64,000 nt of DNA from Candidatus Babeliales bacterium (lineage in GTDB: Bacteria; Babelota; Babeliae; Babelales; JBFXEV01). Shown here piece by piece: positions 17,938-27,973 of the stretch. Below the pieces are notes generated by a model that saw only the letters and a list, made by a program, of their open reading frames with translations, was not told the DNA's origin and did no database searches. The stretch lies in the NCBI GenBank assembly GCA_050179755.1, contig JBFXEV010000001.1:1065994-1129993 (forward strand), written 5' to 3'. Each line of letters opens with the position of its first letter. Positions within the stretch are counted from its first letter, which is position 1. The translations under genes were made by a program, and so were the position numbers.

Positions 17938-18487
17938 TTACCTATATTTCTCATAAAAATAATTCGTGAATAGTTCATGAGGATCATGCTGCTTTCTTAA
18001 ATTAAGTAATTTGTGTAGAGAAGGATAAGCAGCTTGTATGTGCTTTGCGTCAGCATGAAGTTGGATTGGCAAGTAATAGGTTCCGTTTAAAGATATAGCA
18101 GTATTAATTAATTGCTGCGTCCATAATTTTGTAGTCGTGTTAGCATCTTCTGTCATTGGTTGATTGAAAAATACTACAATACCAACACGATCTGTTGTGG
18201 TATAAGAAAGAAAGCTTTCTGTATTGCGGGGAATAAAGCGAAATGCCGCATGAAACCCTATTGTTGGGTCTTGCGATACGATTTTTAGATGTTCTACATA
18301 TGCGGGCATTGTTAAATGTACCGTTTCTTGTTTGTAGAAGCTATGCCCGCCATTGGTAAGGCGAAAAAGTTCAGCGTTTTCACTACGGCTTGCGGTCACG
18401 ATTGTGCCGTCAGCTTCATAATCTTGAGCGAATGTACAGACTCAATGAGAGAGCAAAAAGGATAATAAAGATCAGTTTTTTCTGCAT
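17938..18487 (-). pseudogene. Degraded FAD-linked oxidase (FAD_binding_4 / ALO-like)
   Basis: Fragments in different frames: leader MQKKLIFIILFALS, IESVHSLKIM, ADGTIVTASRSENAELFRL..GG, then C-terminal GTYYLP.QLHA...DPHELFTNYFYEKY. Most of the gene is deleted. Confidence 0.75.
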
Positions 18488-18703
18488 AGTTTATTTTGGC
18501 ATAAATTGGTAAAAAATCTATATTTATCAATTTCAAATAGAATTTCCACATGACTGAGATGATTGATAAAAGAGCAGAAAATATAAGGACTTACTACACG
18601 AGAGAGGACAATTTTGTATGCTTGATTGCTTTGTTTACTTTGTGATGTTTATCATTGTATCTTAAGTATTGGTATTAACTTTTTTTAATTTGAAAGGATT
18701 ATT

Positions 18704-18928
18704 ATGTTTAGACAACTGATTACACGGTTTCATGATCTGGAATCGCATCATCAAATAATAATTACGGTGATTGTGGCATTTGCTGCGATATGCGTGTCAT
18801 GGGGAATAGAGAGATTATTAGAGCAATATTTTTTTCCTAATAAGCCAGCTCTTAGATATTTGATTGCAGTGATTGGTGGCTTATTAGTTCTTTATTTGGT
18901 TAAACATTTTTTATTGCGCGAAATATAA
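18704..18928 (+). CDS. Small two-TM membrane protein
   Basis: AAGGA RBS; two hydrophobic helices. Confidence 0.75.
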   Translation: MFRQLITRFHDLESHHQIIITVIVAFAAICVSWGIERLLEQYFFPNKPALRYLIAVIGGLLVLYLVKHFLLREI

Positions 18929-18943
18929 TAGAGCATAACGCGT

Positions 18944-19017
18944 TTATGCATTTTTTGCTTCAAGTTGCTGTGCAGCTTTTGCAAAGTATTTTGCCCGCGT
19001 TGTGTGCGAAGGATGTG
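18944..19017 (-). pseudogene. Orphan 3' end of the M48-like peptidase (HPSHTTRAKYFAKAAQQLEAKNA*)
   Basis: Imperfect direct repeat of 19687..19757. Confidence 0.85.
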
Positions 19018-19042
19018 CTAAATTAATTAACATTTAAGGGGA

Positions 19043-19681
19043 ATGATAATGAGTAACGCAGCAATGCAAACTGGTAAATATAGATTATCGGTTGATAATG
19101 CAGTTCTTTTGCTGGTTGATCATCAAACAGGGCTTTTCCAATTGGTTCGGGATTATAGTCCAGATGAATTTAAGAATAACGTATGTGTATTGGCAGCTAT
19201 TGGTAAAATGTATAATTTGCCTACTATTTTGACAACAAGTTTTGAATCTGGGCCCAATGGCCCCTTGTTCCCCGAAATTCGTACATTACATCCTCACGCT
19301 ACATTTATTGCGCGACCGGGTGAAATTAATGCTTGGGATAATAAAGACTTTGTTGATGCGGTAAAAGCCACCGGCAGAAAAAAATTGCTCATTGCAGGCA
19401 TTGTTACCGACGTGTGCGTGGCATTGCCAACACTTGCAGCACTTGCCGAAGGCTTTGATGTATATGTAGTAGCAGACGCTTGTGGCACCACAAGTGTTGC
19501 AGTGCGTGAACTTGCGCTCATGCGTATGGTACATGCGGGTGCAGTCATTACTAATTGGTTTGCAGTATCATCTGAGTTACACCGTGATTGGCGGCATAAT
19601 GGAGAGGCACTTGCAGCGCTATTGGGCCAGTACTTTGTGCCCTATGCTAATTTAATGAGCAGTTATAAAGCTAAGAAATAA
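19043..19681 (+). CDS. ycaC: YcaC-like isochorismatase family hydrolase
   Basis: LLLVDHQTGL, TTSFESGPNGPL, RPGEINAWDN, GIVTDVCV. Confidence 0.92.
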   Translation: MIMSNAAMQTGKYRLSVDNAVLLLVDHQTGLFQLVRDYSPDEFKNNVCVLAAIGKMYNLPTILTTSFESGPNGPLFPEIRTLHPHATFIARPGEINAWDNKDFVDAVKATGRKKLLIAGIVTDVCVALPTLAALAEGFDVYVVADACGTTSVAVRELALMRMVHAGAVITNWFAVSSELHRDWRHNGEALAALLGQYFVPYANLMSSYKAKK

Positions 19682-20676
19682 TGTGCTATGCATTTTGTTT
19701 CAAGTTGTTGTGCAGCTCTTGCAAAGTATTTTGCGCGTGTTGTGTGCGAAGGATGTGGATCCATAATATCGGTTACTACTTGCGCTGGTGAATGATCATG
19801 CTCCGATAAAGCATTAAAATACTCACTGCGTGCTTTGAGTATTTCTGGGTCGCGTGTACGCTTGATAGAATCTTGATCGGCGCGATATTCTTGCCAATAA
19901 GTCCAAGCAGCGTTACATACTGCAGTGATTCCTATTTTGCCAAGTAATGAAGGAATATGAGCAAGTCCGTGTAATACGGTATCTACAATGGTTGGGTCTG
20001 AAGCTAAGGTGTGTATATCAAAATAGCTTTTTAATTTTTCAGTTGTATAAAGTGCCACTAAAACACTTGTGCCAAGGATTGCTATTCTTGTACGTGCATC
20101 TTTATGCAATAAATGTGAGCCTTCATGCAAAAGGGTGCCTTTCCATAGAGCAAGCGTAGAGGCATCAATTGCAAATCCTGCTTGCTTTGCATTGGCAATA
20201 AAGACAGCAACAGGTAATTTGTTGAGTGCACTTTTTTGTGTAAGTTCTATTTCACTAAATCGTTGGGCATCTTGATTTTCTAATGCTTGTGCTTGATGCA
20301 GTTCAGCATCAGTTAAGTGTTCAGGTATGCTGATATATGATTTATTGTTGTAGTTTGTTGCAGCAAAATGAGATTGTGGTATTTTTACCACTTCAATATC
20401 AGCGCCTTGTAATTCAGGGTATCCTGCAAGTAACTGCTCACGCACGAATTTTTGGGTTTTAGGTTCCACGGGGCGTGCCTTGGCAACAAAGTCTTGCCGG
20501 TCTTGGAAGACCAAATACGCAGGAAGTGCCATAGGTATAACATAGTCAAGAGCTTGCATAGTTACATTAAAGCCAGAGGCTGCCAGATGGCCAACCCAGT
20601 CCATTGCTTTTGATTGCTGGATTATAGTAGATGCTGCTAAGAAGATGAATCCGTAAAGTAGAGATTGCTTTTTCAT
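19663..20676 (-). CDS. Secreted M48-like zinc metallopeptidase (copy 1)
   Basis: LLHEGSHLLH (HExxH), EYRAD, HPSH..R; signal ending QSKA-M. Confidence 0.8.
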   Translation of the reverse strand: MKKQSLLYGFIFLAASTIIQQSKAMDWVGHLAASGFNVTMQALDYVIPMALPAYLVFQDRQDFVAKARPVEPKTQKFVREQLLAGYPELQGADIEVVKIPQSHFAATNYNNKSYISIPEHLTDAELHQAQALENQDAQRFSEIELTQKSALNKLPVAVFIANAKQAGFAIDASTLALWKGTLLHEGSHLLHKDARTRIAILGTSVLVALYTTEKLKSYFDIHTLASDPTIVDTVLHGLAHIPSLLGKIGITAVCNAAWTYWQEYRADQDSIKRTRDPEILKARSEYFNALSEHDHSPAQVVTDIMDPHPSHTTRAKYFARAAQQLETKCIAHYFLAL

Positions 20677-20827
20677 AGATTTACCCTTTTTTTACCCTGT
20701 TGCCAGAGATAATGCCTTTTTTATATTACTAATAGTATATATTATCTGGCAAATTTTGCAAGTTTTAGAGGGGGGGCCACATAGGGCAATTGCACTTAAA
20801 AGTCTTTATTCAAAAGATGCATTCATA

Positions 20828-20934
20828 CCGCTCACCCTTCCCTCGATACTAATCGCTGCGCGATTCACTCGGGATGAGCGGTTTATCGACTTGTCCTCCG
20901 TAGCTTTATGCGTAGGAGAAAAGGTCAAAGCGGG
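20828..20934. repeat. GC-rich palindromic repeat cluster
   Basis: ccgctcaccc...gggatgagcgg and tcctccgtagctttatgcgtaggaga; related sequences at 15026, 28720-28819, 34897-35010, 55949 and 56220. Confidence 0.75.
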
Positions 20935-21058
20935 AAAATGAATGAGATTAATCCCTATCTACACAATTTTAAATACATCTGCCTGAGGGGAAAGGTTTAG
21001 AGAAAAAAGCAAATTGAAACTGAAAGCTTACATTAGGGTAATTCCCGATTTGTGGTGG

Positions 21059-22108
21059 TTAATCACGCTTTATTAGTGCTTGTTTTTTTTCAAGCTTTTG
21101 TGCTGCATCAGCAAAATACTGAGCACGAGTCTTGAAGTTGAGATGACTATCACCTAAATAATAATTTATTTTTTCTGGGATAGTTACAGGGCATGGCTGT
21201 GGTAAGGTAGCAAAATTACTACTAATTGCTTTTAATAAATTAGGATTTTGTGTTCTTTTTATTGCATCTTGATCGGCACGATATTCATGCCAATAACGCC
21301 AAGTGCTAATGAGTAGGCCACAAGCTGCGACCTTGAGTGGTAATGAAACAATAGATCCTATTCCTCTTATCATATTATTGGCAGTTATGTTCTTAGGGTA
21401 TTTTAGTGAAGTTAAACCAACAATTTTTTTAATTTTTTCTGTACCGAGAAGCACCAGAATATGCGGAGTAGGATTATATACAGTGCTAGGATCATAATGC
21501 AAAATGTGAGATCCTTCGTGTAAAAGAACGCCTTGCCAAAGGTTAATAGTGGTAGGAGTCATCGCTTTGCCTTCAAGTTCACATTTGCTAATATATTCAG
21601 GCAATGTGAGTCTCTCTTTCCATCGTTCATTACTTGCAACTTTTCTCGTATAACCTAATACATTTTTTTCTTTAAGCGCACATGCTTTCCTATACTCTCG
21701 CTCATTAAAAGCAACGCTTATATACGCTGTGTTATTATGATACATAGCACCAAATGAATTGTTTTCAATAATTTGTATTTTAGTATCATTTAATTCTGGA
21801 TAGGCATTTTTGATAAATGCTATTATTTTTCCTGCAGACTGTTCAGATAGGCCTAGTAACGGATCTCGTGAACTTAGATCTTCATTATAGTCTTTTATGC
21901 TTATGAGTGCCCTTTGCCTTTCTTTATTCACTTTGTCGACGGTATAGCCAAAATAACCTATTACGCCCGCATAATTAAGCGCTTTCATGCCAAGCCTAAA
22001 CCCATTACTGGCTTTTGGTGCAAAGCCTTTCATGGCATATGTTTGTTGGCCGAGAAAGGTCACTAGTAATAAGGTGAGTCCGTAGAATAAAGATTGTTTT
22101 TTAATCAT
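21059..22108 (-). CDS. Secreted M48-like zinc metallopeptidase (copy 2)
   Basis: LLHEGSHILH, HEYRADQDAI; signal ending QTYA-M. Confidence 0.8.
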   Translation of the reverse strand: MIKKQSLFYGLTLLLVTFLGQQTYAMKGFAPKASNGFRLGMKALNYAGVIGYFGYTVDKVNKERQRALISIKDYNEDLSSRDPLLGLSEQSAGKIIAFIKNAYPELNDTKIQIIENNSFGAMYHNNTAYISVAFNEREYRKACALKEKNVLGYTRKVASNERWKERLTLPEYISKCELEGKAMTPTTINLWQGVLLHEGSHILHYDPSTVYNPTPHILVLLGTEKIKKIVGLTSLKYPKNITANNMIRGIGSIVSLPLKVAACGLLISTWRYWHEYRADQDAIKRTQNPNLLKAISSNFATLPQPCPVTIPEKINYYLGDSHLNFKTRAQYFADAAQKLEKKQALIKRD

Positions 22109-23159
22109 GACTTATTTCAACTTTGTTCATTTCATGTGCTTGTTTTTCTTCAAGCTTTTGTGCTGCATCAGCAAAATACTTTGCACGAGTTTTAAATGCT
22201 GGGTGTGGATTACGAAGCATCATAAGTTTTGCAAATAAAGTAAGATCCTGTGTTTTTTCAGCGCGTTCGTTGACGTAATGCATTTGTTCAAAAAAGTTAC
22301 TCATAGCTTTTAGAACTCTTGGATCTTGCGTTTTTTCAATAGCATTTTGGTCAGCAGCATATTCACGCCAATTATCAAATGGCCATCGTAGGATCATGCA
22401 ACATGCTATTTTGAGTGGGGTTGAAGGAATATAGCCTAATCCTTTTAGGATATTATTGGTGAGCGTTGGCTTTTGCAATAAATTACCAAGCCCGGTTGCG
22501 CGTTTTAAGATAGAGCTGCCAGCAATTACGAAAAGCGGTAGAGTATTGCAAAGGCGATTTCTATTACGACAGTCGTTATGTGCAATGTGCGAAGCTTCAT
22601 GAAGTAGCGATCCAGTCCACAAGGGCAGGGTTTGCGCTGTCATTGCGGTTCCCTCTGCTTCACACATAGCAATATATTCTGGAATGCTCATGCCATAATC
22701 TTGACCGATTAATTCAAGTTTTTCAGGCGTATAACGAGAAGTATTAAGCCTATTATACGTAAGAGCTGAGATGAGATCTTTATCACTGCATGGAGCAACT
22801 AAATAATCTTGATTGTTATGTAGTACTGCAGCCCATGATGTAAATGGTGCATGCACTACTTTAATATCTCTGTCTTTGAGCTCTGGATAAGCGTCGCGCA
22901 TGGTGCTGAGAATGTATTCTTTTGATTCAGCGCCCAGTTTGTGCTCGTGTGGATTATTTGCCAAGTAGTCACTAAAAAGGCTTGCGCCGAGCTTATGTTC
23001 GTAAGCATAACATCCAGCAACTGCTGCTATGCTGAGTGCTTGCATGCCAAGCCTAAAGCCATGACTGGCTTTGTGCCCAAAGCCTTTCATGGCATGGGCT
23101 TCTTGGCACGTAATAATCAATAGGAATAGAATTGCGTAAAACGGGGATTTTGTGTTCAT
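22101..23159 (-). CDS. Secreted M48-like zinc metallopeptidase (copy 3)
   Basis: LLHEASHIAH, REYAADQNAI, PHPAFKTRA; signal ending EAHA-M. Confidence 0.8.
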   Translation of the reverse strand: MNTKSPFYAILFLLIITCQEAHAMKGFGHKASHGFRLGMQALSIAAVAGCYAYEHKLGASLFSDYLANNPHEHKLGAESKEYILSTMRDAYPELKDRDIKVVHAPFTSWAAVLHNNQDYLVAPCSDKDLISALTYNRLNTSRYTPEKLELIGQDYGMSIPEYIAMCEAEGTAMTAQTLPLWTGSLLHEASHIAHNDCRNRNRLCNTLPLFVIAGSSILKRATGLGNLLQKPTLTNNILKGLGYIPSTPLKIACCMILRWPFDNWREYAADQNAIEKTQDPRVLKAMSNFFEQMHYVNERAEKTQDLTLFAKLMMLRNPHPAFKTRAKYFADAAQKLEEKQAHEMNKVEISHD

Positions 23160-23334
23160 ATATACGCTTTTAGTATTTTGGTAGGATTCAATCTATTTTA
23201 AGATATTTTATACTCTTAGTGTATATATACCAAAAAATTATACAAATAAAATAAGGATATAATTTCACACTGTAATTTTTAAAAAGGGTGTTTGGCTGAA
23301 CGATCTAGAAAATTGGTACATAGGGCAGCAAAAA

Positions 23335-23357
23335 AAGGGCGGGTATAAGCCGCCCTT
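23335..23357 (-). terminator. Rho-independent terminator of 23374..23808
   Basis: aagggcgg-gtataag-ccgccctt hairpin next to an A-run (U-tail on minus). Confidence 0.8.
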
Positions 23358-23373
23358 ATGCCAAATACTTTAG

Positions 23374-23808
23374 TTATGTTGGAAGAATTGGTCCTACCGC
23401 AGGAACTGGAGCTGTGGTAAGATCTGGTCGAGTTGAAACAGTTGGCAAGCTGCGTTTAGCATTTGCAATTTGTGCACGTAGTGCATTAATTCTATTTACA
23501 AAGGCAGGATTAGTATCTGTTTTTGCAAGTTCTGCAAATTGTGCATCAGCCTTATCAAGGGCTTGATATAACTTAAGTACTAAATCATCTCTGTCTTTAC
23601 CAGCAGGCATCGCTTTAATTTTGTCTACTGCAGCTTGTTGTAATGACATTGCTTTTTCTGCAACCCATAATACGCCTCTTTGCAATAGCGTTGGTTCTTG
23701 CTGAGAGGGAGTTGGTTGCTGTTGGCCGCCAGTTGCTATAAGTTGGTTAGAGCCTAGTGCTCCTATAACAAGTGCAAGTAATGCACTATATACTAAATTT
23801 CTTTTCAT
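23374..23808 (-). CDS. Hypothetical secreted protein
   Basis: AAGGAAG RBS, signal peptide, Pro-rich tail, own terminator. Confidence 0.75.
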   Translation of the reverse strand: MKRNLVYSALLALVIGALGSNQLIATGGQQQPTPSQQEPTLLQRGVLWVAEKAMSLQQAAVDKIKAMPAGKDRDDLVLKLYQALDKADAQFAELAKTDTNPAFVNRINALRAQIANAKRSLPTVSTRPDLTTAPVPAVGPILPT

Positions 23809-23971
23809 GGAACTTCCTTTTTATTATATTTTTTCAACACCATGAGTGTGCCGAAAGCCTCTCCTATCCCTTATATTCTAGCATATTCAGGGTGAAATTC
23901 GCAATGGTTCAGGTTTATTAGAAAAGTTTTAATAAGTCGGTCAGGAAGGATTTTGCATAATGCAGGGCAAG

Positions 23972-24694
23972 TTATGTGGCTTTACTCTGCAGCCCAGGTT
24001 CAAGGCGCAAAGTATAGCCTTGCGCAGATTTCGCCAGAGGCTTCCATTCAAGCAAATTAGGCGTATTAAGCATAATGGTTATAGCATCGTCTTCTGGTGA
24101 GGACGTGAGAAGGACTGGCTCCTCTGATGCTGCATGTTGTTTGAGCATATTTTGAAGAATAGACACGATGTTTTTACCCTCACGCGCATTGGTGAGCAGA
24201 TAAAGTTCGCGTTTCAATTTTAAGGTGAATGAAAAATTGAGCGTAATATATTCATTCATACTTAATTCGCTGCAAAGAATATAGGCAACGTCACTTTTGG
24301 TAAGATGTGCTAATTGATTTTGCTTGGGACAATTTGGCAGTAGCGTGCATAGCTGTTCATATTGTGCAATGGTAAAGTAGAAAATACCTCCATTAAGGCT
24401 ATAAGGGTATTTAAGATCATAACCATAAACAATAGTGCCAAAAGTGTCAGCGTCGCAGTGATCGTAATTATATTTTTTGAGTCTTGCATAATCAGGAAGT
24501 ATAACTACATAATCACCAGCATTTTTTATACAAATGAGTGCATAGCAGCAGGGGCAATCTTCATCGTCAGAAACGGTATACACTTGCCCTGCTAGTACGC
24601 CAATTGAATTAATAAAGTCTTTATCATTCAAAAAAATAACAGGAGAGCGCTCATGAGCAAGTTGTTTTTTCTCAATTTTGAATATGGGTGTCAT
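23972..24694 (-). CDS. Hypothetical protein
   Basis: AAGGAAG RBS before ATG 24694, directly after the ABC ATPase; no recognised domain. Confidence 0.65.
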   Translation of the reverse strand: MTPIFKIEKKQLAHERSPVIFLNDKDFINSIGVLAGQVYTVSDDEDCPCCYALICIKNAGDYVVILPDYARLKKYNYDHCDADTFGTIVYGYDLKYPYSLNGGIFYFTIAQYEQLCTLLPNCPKQNQLAHLTKSDVAYILCSELSMNEYITLNFSFTLKLKRELYLLTNAREGKNIVSILQNMLKQHAASEEPVLLTSSPEDDAITIMLNTPNLLEWKPLAKSAQGYTLRLEPGLQSKAT

Positions 24695-24704
24695 GAGTCT
24701 TCCT

Positions 24705-25442
24705 TTATGCTTGAGGAATGGATCTTTGCTTACCAGCAATAAATTGTGCAATTTGTGGATATTGTTGCGGATTATTGAACAATGCGTGTTGAGGCGCTGA
24801 TTCTATAATAGCACCGTTTTCCATTAAATGAATAGTTGCCGTTTTCAGGTGATTGACTAATGACGTATCATGCGTGGTTATAAGCACGGTAACACCATGC
24901 TGTGCAAGTTCCATAATGGTTTGTGCAACATGTGCGGTCAGCACAGGATCAAGTGCCGACGTAGGCTCATCAAGGCACAAAATGCGCGGCTTGAGCGCAA
25001 GCATACGCGCAAGAGCAAGCCGTTGTTTTTGCCCTCCGGAAAGATCTTGGGGATACATATGCGCTTTATCGGCAAGATCATACTGAGCAAGAAGAGCTTT
25101 TGCCTGTTCTTCTGCTTCTTGTTTTGCAACGCCTTGCACCTTTTCTAATGCGAGCGTGATGTTTTGGAGCGCACTCAAATGATCAAATAAATGAAATTGC
25201 TGAAACACCATCCCAATGATATGCGTGTTTGTTATGGTATCTTGATTAAGTGGTTTGCCGTCAAACGTTATGGTGCCTGCGTCATACGTTTCTAAATTAT
25301 TTAAAATGCGTAGCAACGTTGATTTGCCTACGCCAGATGATCCTAAAAGAATTGCAATCTCTCCTTGCGTGACGGTAAGCGATACGTTATTAAGAATCTT
25401 TTTTTTTCCAAACGCTTTGGAAAGATTAGTGATCGTAAGCAT
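24705..25442 (-). CDS. Polar amino-acid ABC transporter ATPase
   Basis: GSSGVGKST, LSGGQKQR, LDEPTSALDP. Confidence 0.95.
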   Translation of the reverse strand: MLTITNLSKAFGKKKILNNVSLTVTQGEIAILLGSSGVGKSTLLRILNNLETYDAGTITFDGKPLNQDTITNTHIIGMVFQQFHLFDHLSALQNITLALEKVQGVAKQEAEEQAKALLAQYDLADKAHMYPQDLSGGQKQRLALARMLALKPRILCLDEPTSALDPVLTAHVAQTIMELAQHGVTVLITTHDTSLVNHLKTATIHLMENGAIIESAPQHALFNNPQQYPQIAQFIAGKQRSIPQA

Positions 25443-26085
25443 AATGCATTTTCCTTGCTGCATACGATGCAGCAATTGATAAGAGGGTTGTTATTAGTAA
25501 ATATATACATGCCATAGCGATATACACCGGTATTGGCTGATAAGTAACGCTTATTATTCGTGAGCTTGATTTAAACAGTTCTACCACCCCGATAGTAGAT
25601 GCCAGGCTTGAATCTTTAATGAGCGTAATGCTTTCATTAAGGAGTGCGGGAATTACCACGCGTAATGCTTGGGGCAGAATGATATACCGCATTGTTTGCG
25701 TTTTGGTAAAGCCTAAAACATGCGCTGCCTGCCATTGCCCTTTGTCAATCGATTGAATGCCACTCTTTATAATTTGGCTAATGTAGGCGGCGCTATTAAG
25801 ACTTATTGCAAGAACGGCGCAAGTAAAAGCGGAAAGAGTAATGCCCAGCTGCGGGAGCAGTAAATAAATGCATGAAATTTGAATAAGCATTGGCGTGCCA
25901 CGAAAAAGTGTTACATACAATGTAATAAGCGGATGCAAGAATTTATTTGTTAGTGTGTGTAATGCGCCAAGTATGGTGCCACCAATAAAGCCAAACGTTG
26001 TTGAAAGCGCTGCAATTTTAAGTGTTGTAATGGTGCCTTCAATAAGTTGAGGGAGTATGGTAGTGATAAAAGAACTATCTATCAT
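25426..26085 (-). CDS. Polar amino-acid ABC transporter permease
   Basis: FRGTPMLIQ, SIDKGQWQAA, IILPQA, IKDSSLAS. Confidence 0.95.
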   Translation of the reverse strand: MIDSSFITTILPQLIEGTITTLKIAALSTTFGFIGGTILGALHTLTNKFLHPLITLYVTLFRGTPMLIQISCIYLLLPQLGITLSAFTCAVLAISLNSAAYISQIIKSGIQSIDKGQWQAAHVLGFTKTQTMRYIILPQALRVVIPALLNESITLIKDSSLASTIGVVELFKSSSRIISVTYQPIPVYIAMACIYLLITTLLSIAASYAARKMHYAYDH

Positions 26086-26837
26086 GAAAGCCCCCATTTT
26101 TTTGCAAGTTTTGAGATGGTGCCATCAGCAAACAAAGCATTGAGTTGTTGTTGAAGATCATGATGTAACTCAGGATATTTTTTTGAAACTGCAAGAGCTG
26201 CTGTATCTTCTGTATTTGGTATGTTGGTTACTAACCATTGTTCTTTGCCATGGAGAGCAAAAAATGGTTGCACAGAAGATGCTGCAGAAACAAAAGCGTC
26301 TGCTCGCCCACTATTCAATGTTAAAAATGCATCAGCTACGGATGGTAATCGCACGATATGGATATCATCTAGCGTTGAAATAAATGAATCGGCCGTAAAC
26401 CCTTCATTTACAATAACTGTTTTTCCTTTGAGATTATTAAGTGACGTAACGCCTGAGCCTTGTGGTGTGATAAGTACTAATGGATCGCCGCTGTGATGCG
26501 GCGCTAAAAACAAGACATGCTGTGCGCGCTGTGCAGTGGGCGACATTCCTGCAGCAATAACGTGAATGCTTCCCATTTGTAATTCAGGCAGCAGCGTGGT
26601 AAACGCCATATCTTTGAGAACTACTTTTTTGCCCATGCGCTGTGCAAGCTCGCGCACAAGATCAATATCAAAGCCAGTGATGTTGCCATCTTTTACGAAG
26701 CTATAGGGTTGATATTCAGCATTAGTGCCTACAATGAGCGTGTTATGCATATCTAATGCTTCTTTTTTAAAATAATTCATCATTAAAGCTGCCGATAGTG
26801 CGGCAAGCACGAGTGGGGTTACGTATTTAAGCTGCAT
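26082..26837 (-). CDS. Polar amino-acid ABC substrate-binding protein (probably arginine)
   Basis: VGTNAEYQPY, GFDIDL, AGMSPTAQR; directly downstream of argR. Confidence 0.92.
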   Translation of the reverse strand: MQLKYVTPLVLAALSAALMMNYFKKEALDMHNTLIVGTNAEYQPYSFVKDGNITGFDIDLVRELAQRMGKKVVLKDMAFTTLLPELQMGSIHVIAAGMSPTAQRAQHVLFLAPHHSGDPLVLITPQGSGVTSLNNLKGKTVIVNEGFTADSFISTLDDIHIVRLPSVADAFLTLNSGRADAFVSAASSVQPFFALHGKEQWLVTNIPNTEDTAALAVSKKYPELHHDLQQQLNALFADGTISKLAKKWGLS

Positions 26838-26839
26838 GA

Positions 26840-27313
26840 TTAATCCTTAATTTGTTTAATGAGTAATAATTTACATACTTGATCATAAACTTTTGCTATC
26901 TCTTTAATGCTGTTTGGTGTTACAAACACCACATTTTCTCCGGCGAGCGTGCCAAGTATGTTAATGGTAGTGCCGTGTGCATCAAGATAATCACCTACAA
27001 AATCGGCAAGGCCAGCTAACGTATGCACTACAATGAGTGTTTCATTGTGCACCACTTTGGTGATGGCAAGGCGCAAAATTTCTTTTGCAGGGTCAGTTTT
27101 TTCCTCTGGTAGTTCGTAAATTAATTTATTTTCTATCGGTGTTTTGGTGACTCCCAATTTATGTAACTCGCGGGAAACAATTGTCTGATTGGTATCTATG
27201 CCATATTTAAGCCTAAGCAACTCTATGAGCTTATGCTGATCGGTAATCTCATACGTTTGAATGAGTTCTTTTATGGCCTTTTGGCGTTCGGTTAATTTGA
27301 TTTCTTGTTTCAT
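26840..27313 (-). CDS. argR: Arginine repressor
   Basis: RQKAIKELI...Q..L, NQTIVSREL, C-terminal ILGTLAGENVVFV. Confidence 0.9.
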   Translation of the reverse strand: MKQEIKLTERQKAIKELIQTYEITDQHKLIELLRLKYGIDTNQTIVSRELHKLGVTKTPIENKLIYELPEEKTDPAKEILRLAITKVVHNETLIVVHTLAGLADFVGDYLDAHGTTINILGTLAGENVVFVTPNSIKEIAKVYDQVCKLLLIKQIKD

Positions 27314-27835
27314 ATTGATTGCCTTTCTTCCACTTTTGATAAATACGGCAATTTCCGCATTGTAGTGTGAATGTTGCGTAGTATAACCCCTCGCAATTCA
27401 CTTTCTGTCCACGGGCCACGAGAGAGAAATTTTTGTACTAACATCATATGATCCTCTACTATACACAGGATTAATTTTTCAGTGATTAGTTTGCCCACAT
27501 CTCTACCAAAACTTTTTCGGTTATTAAAGATAATGAAGCATGGAATAATATGTTGTACTTCTGCGGGGACACACCGTTGTTGCTAGTACTTTGCGTGTAT
27601 GCCAGTGTATTCCTATGTTTGTAGTAATTGCTAATAAAGAATCATTATTGGCAGAATTGCTTGAGAGCGCAGTGCTCAGAGCATCAGGACGTTCTTCAAT
27701 AAGTGCTTGTATTTCATTATAGGCGTTTGCTTTAACTGCTTGTGTGAGAGCACAGGTAGTGCTCTTCATAGCATTAATTATGCACACTTGAAGGCCAATT
27801 AAGGTGGCAAAAGCCAATAAAAGTAATTTTTCCAT
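27310..27835 (-). pseudogene. Frameshifted paralog of 27974..28903 lacking most ankyrin repeats
   Basis: TRKVLATTVCP then, after a 1-nt shift at the G-run 27565-27568, AEVQHIIPCFII...SFGRDVGKLITEKLI; matches TRKALATTLAPQEIKHIIPALI...IFGKDVALLIATQLI. Confidence 0.8.
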
Positions 27836-27973
27836 GAGTTTTTCTCTGTAAATGAATAAATATTATCTTCTACTTAGAATAATAATTCATTTTGCGTTAA
27901 AAGTCAAGTAATAAGTGTTGATTGTGAGGAGAAGCCCAGTAATCAGGGCATTACTAGGCTCACAAAAGGTGCT

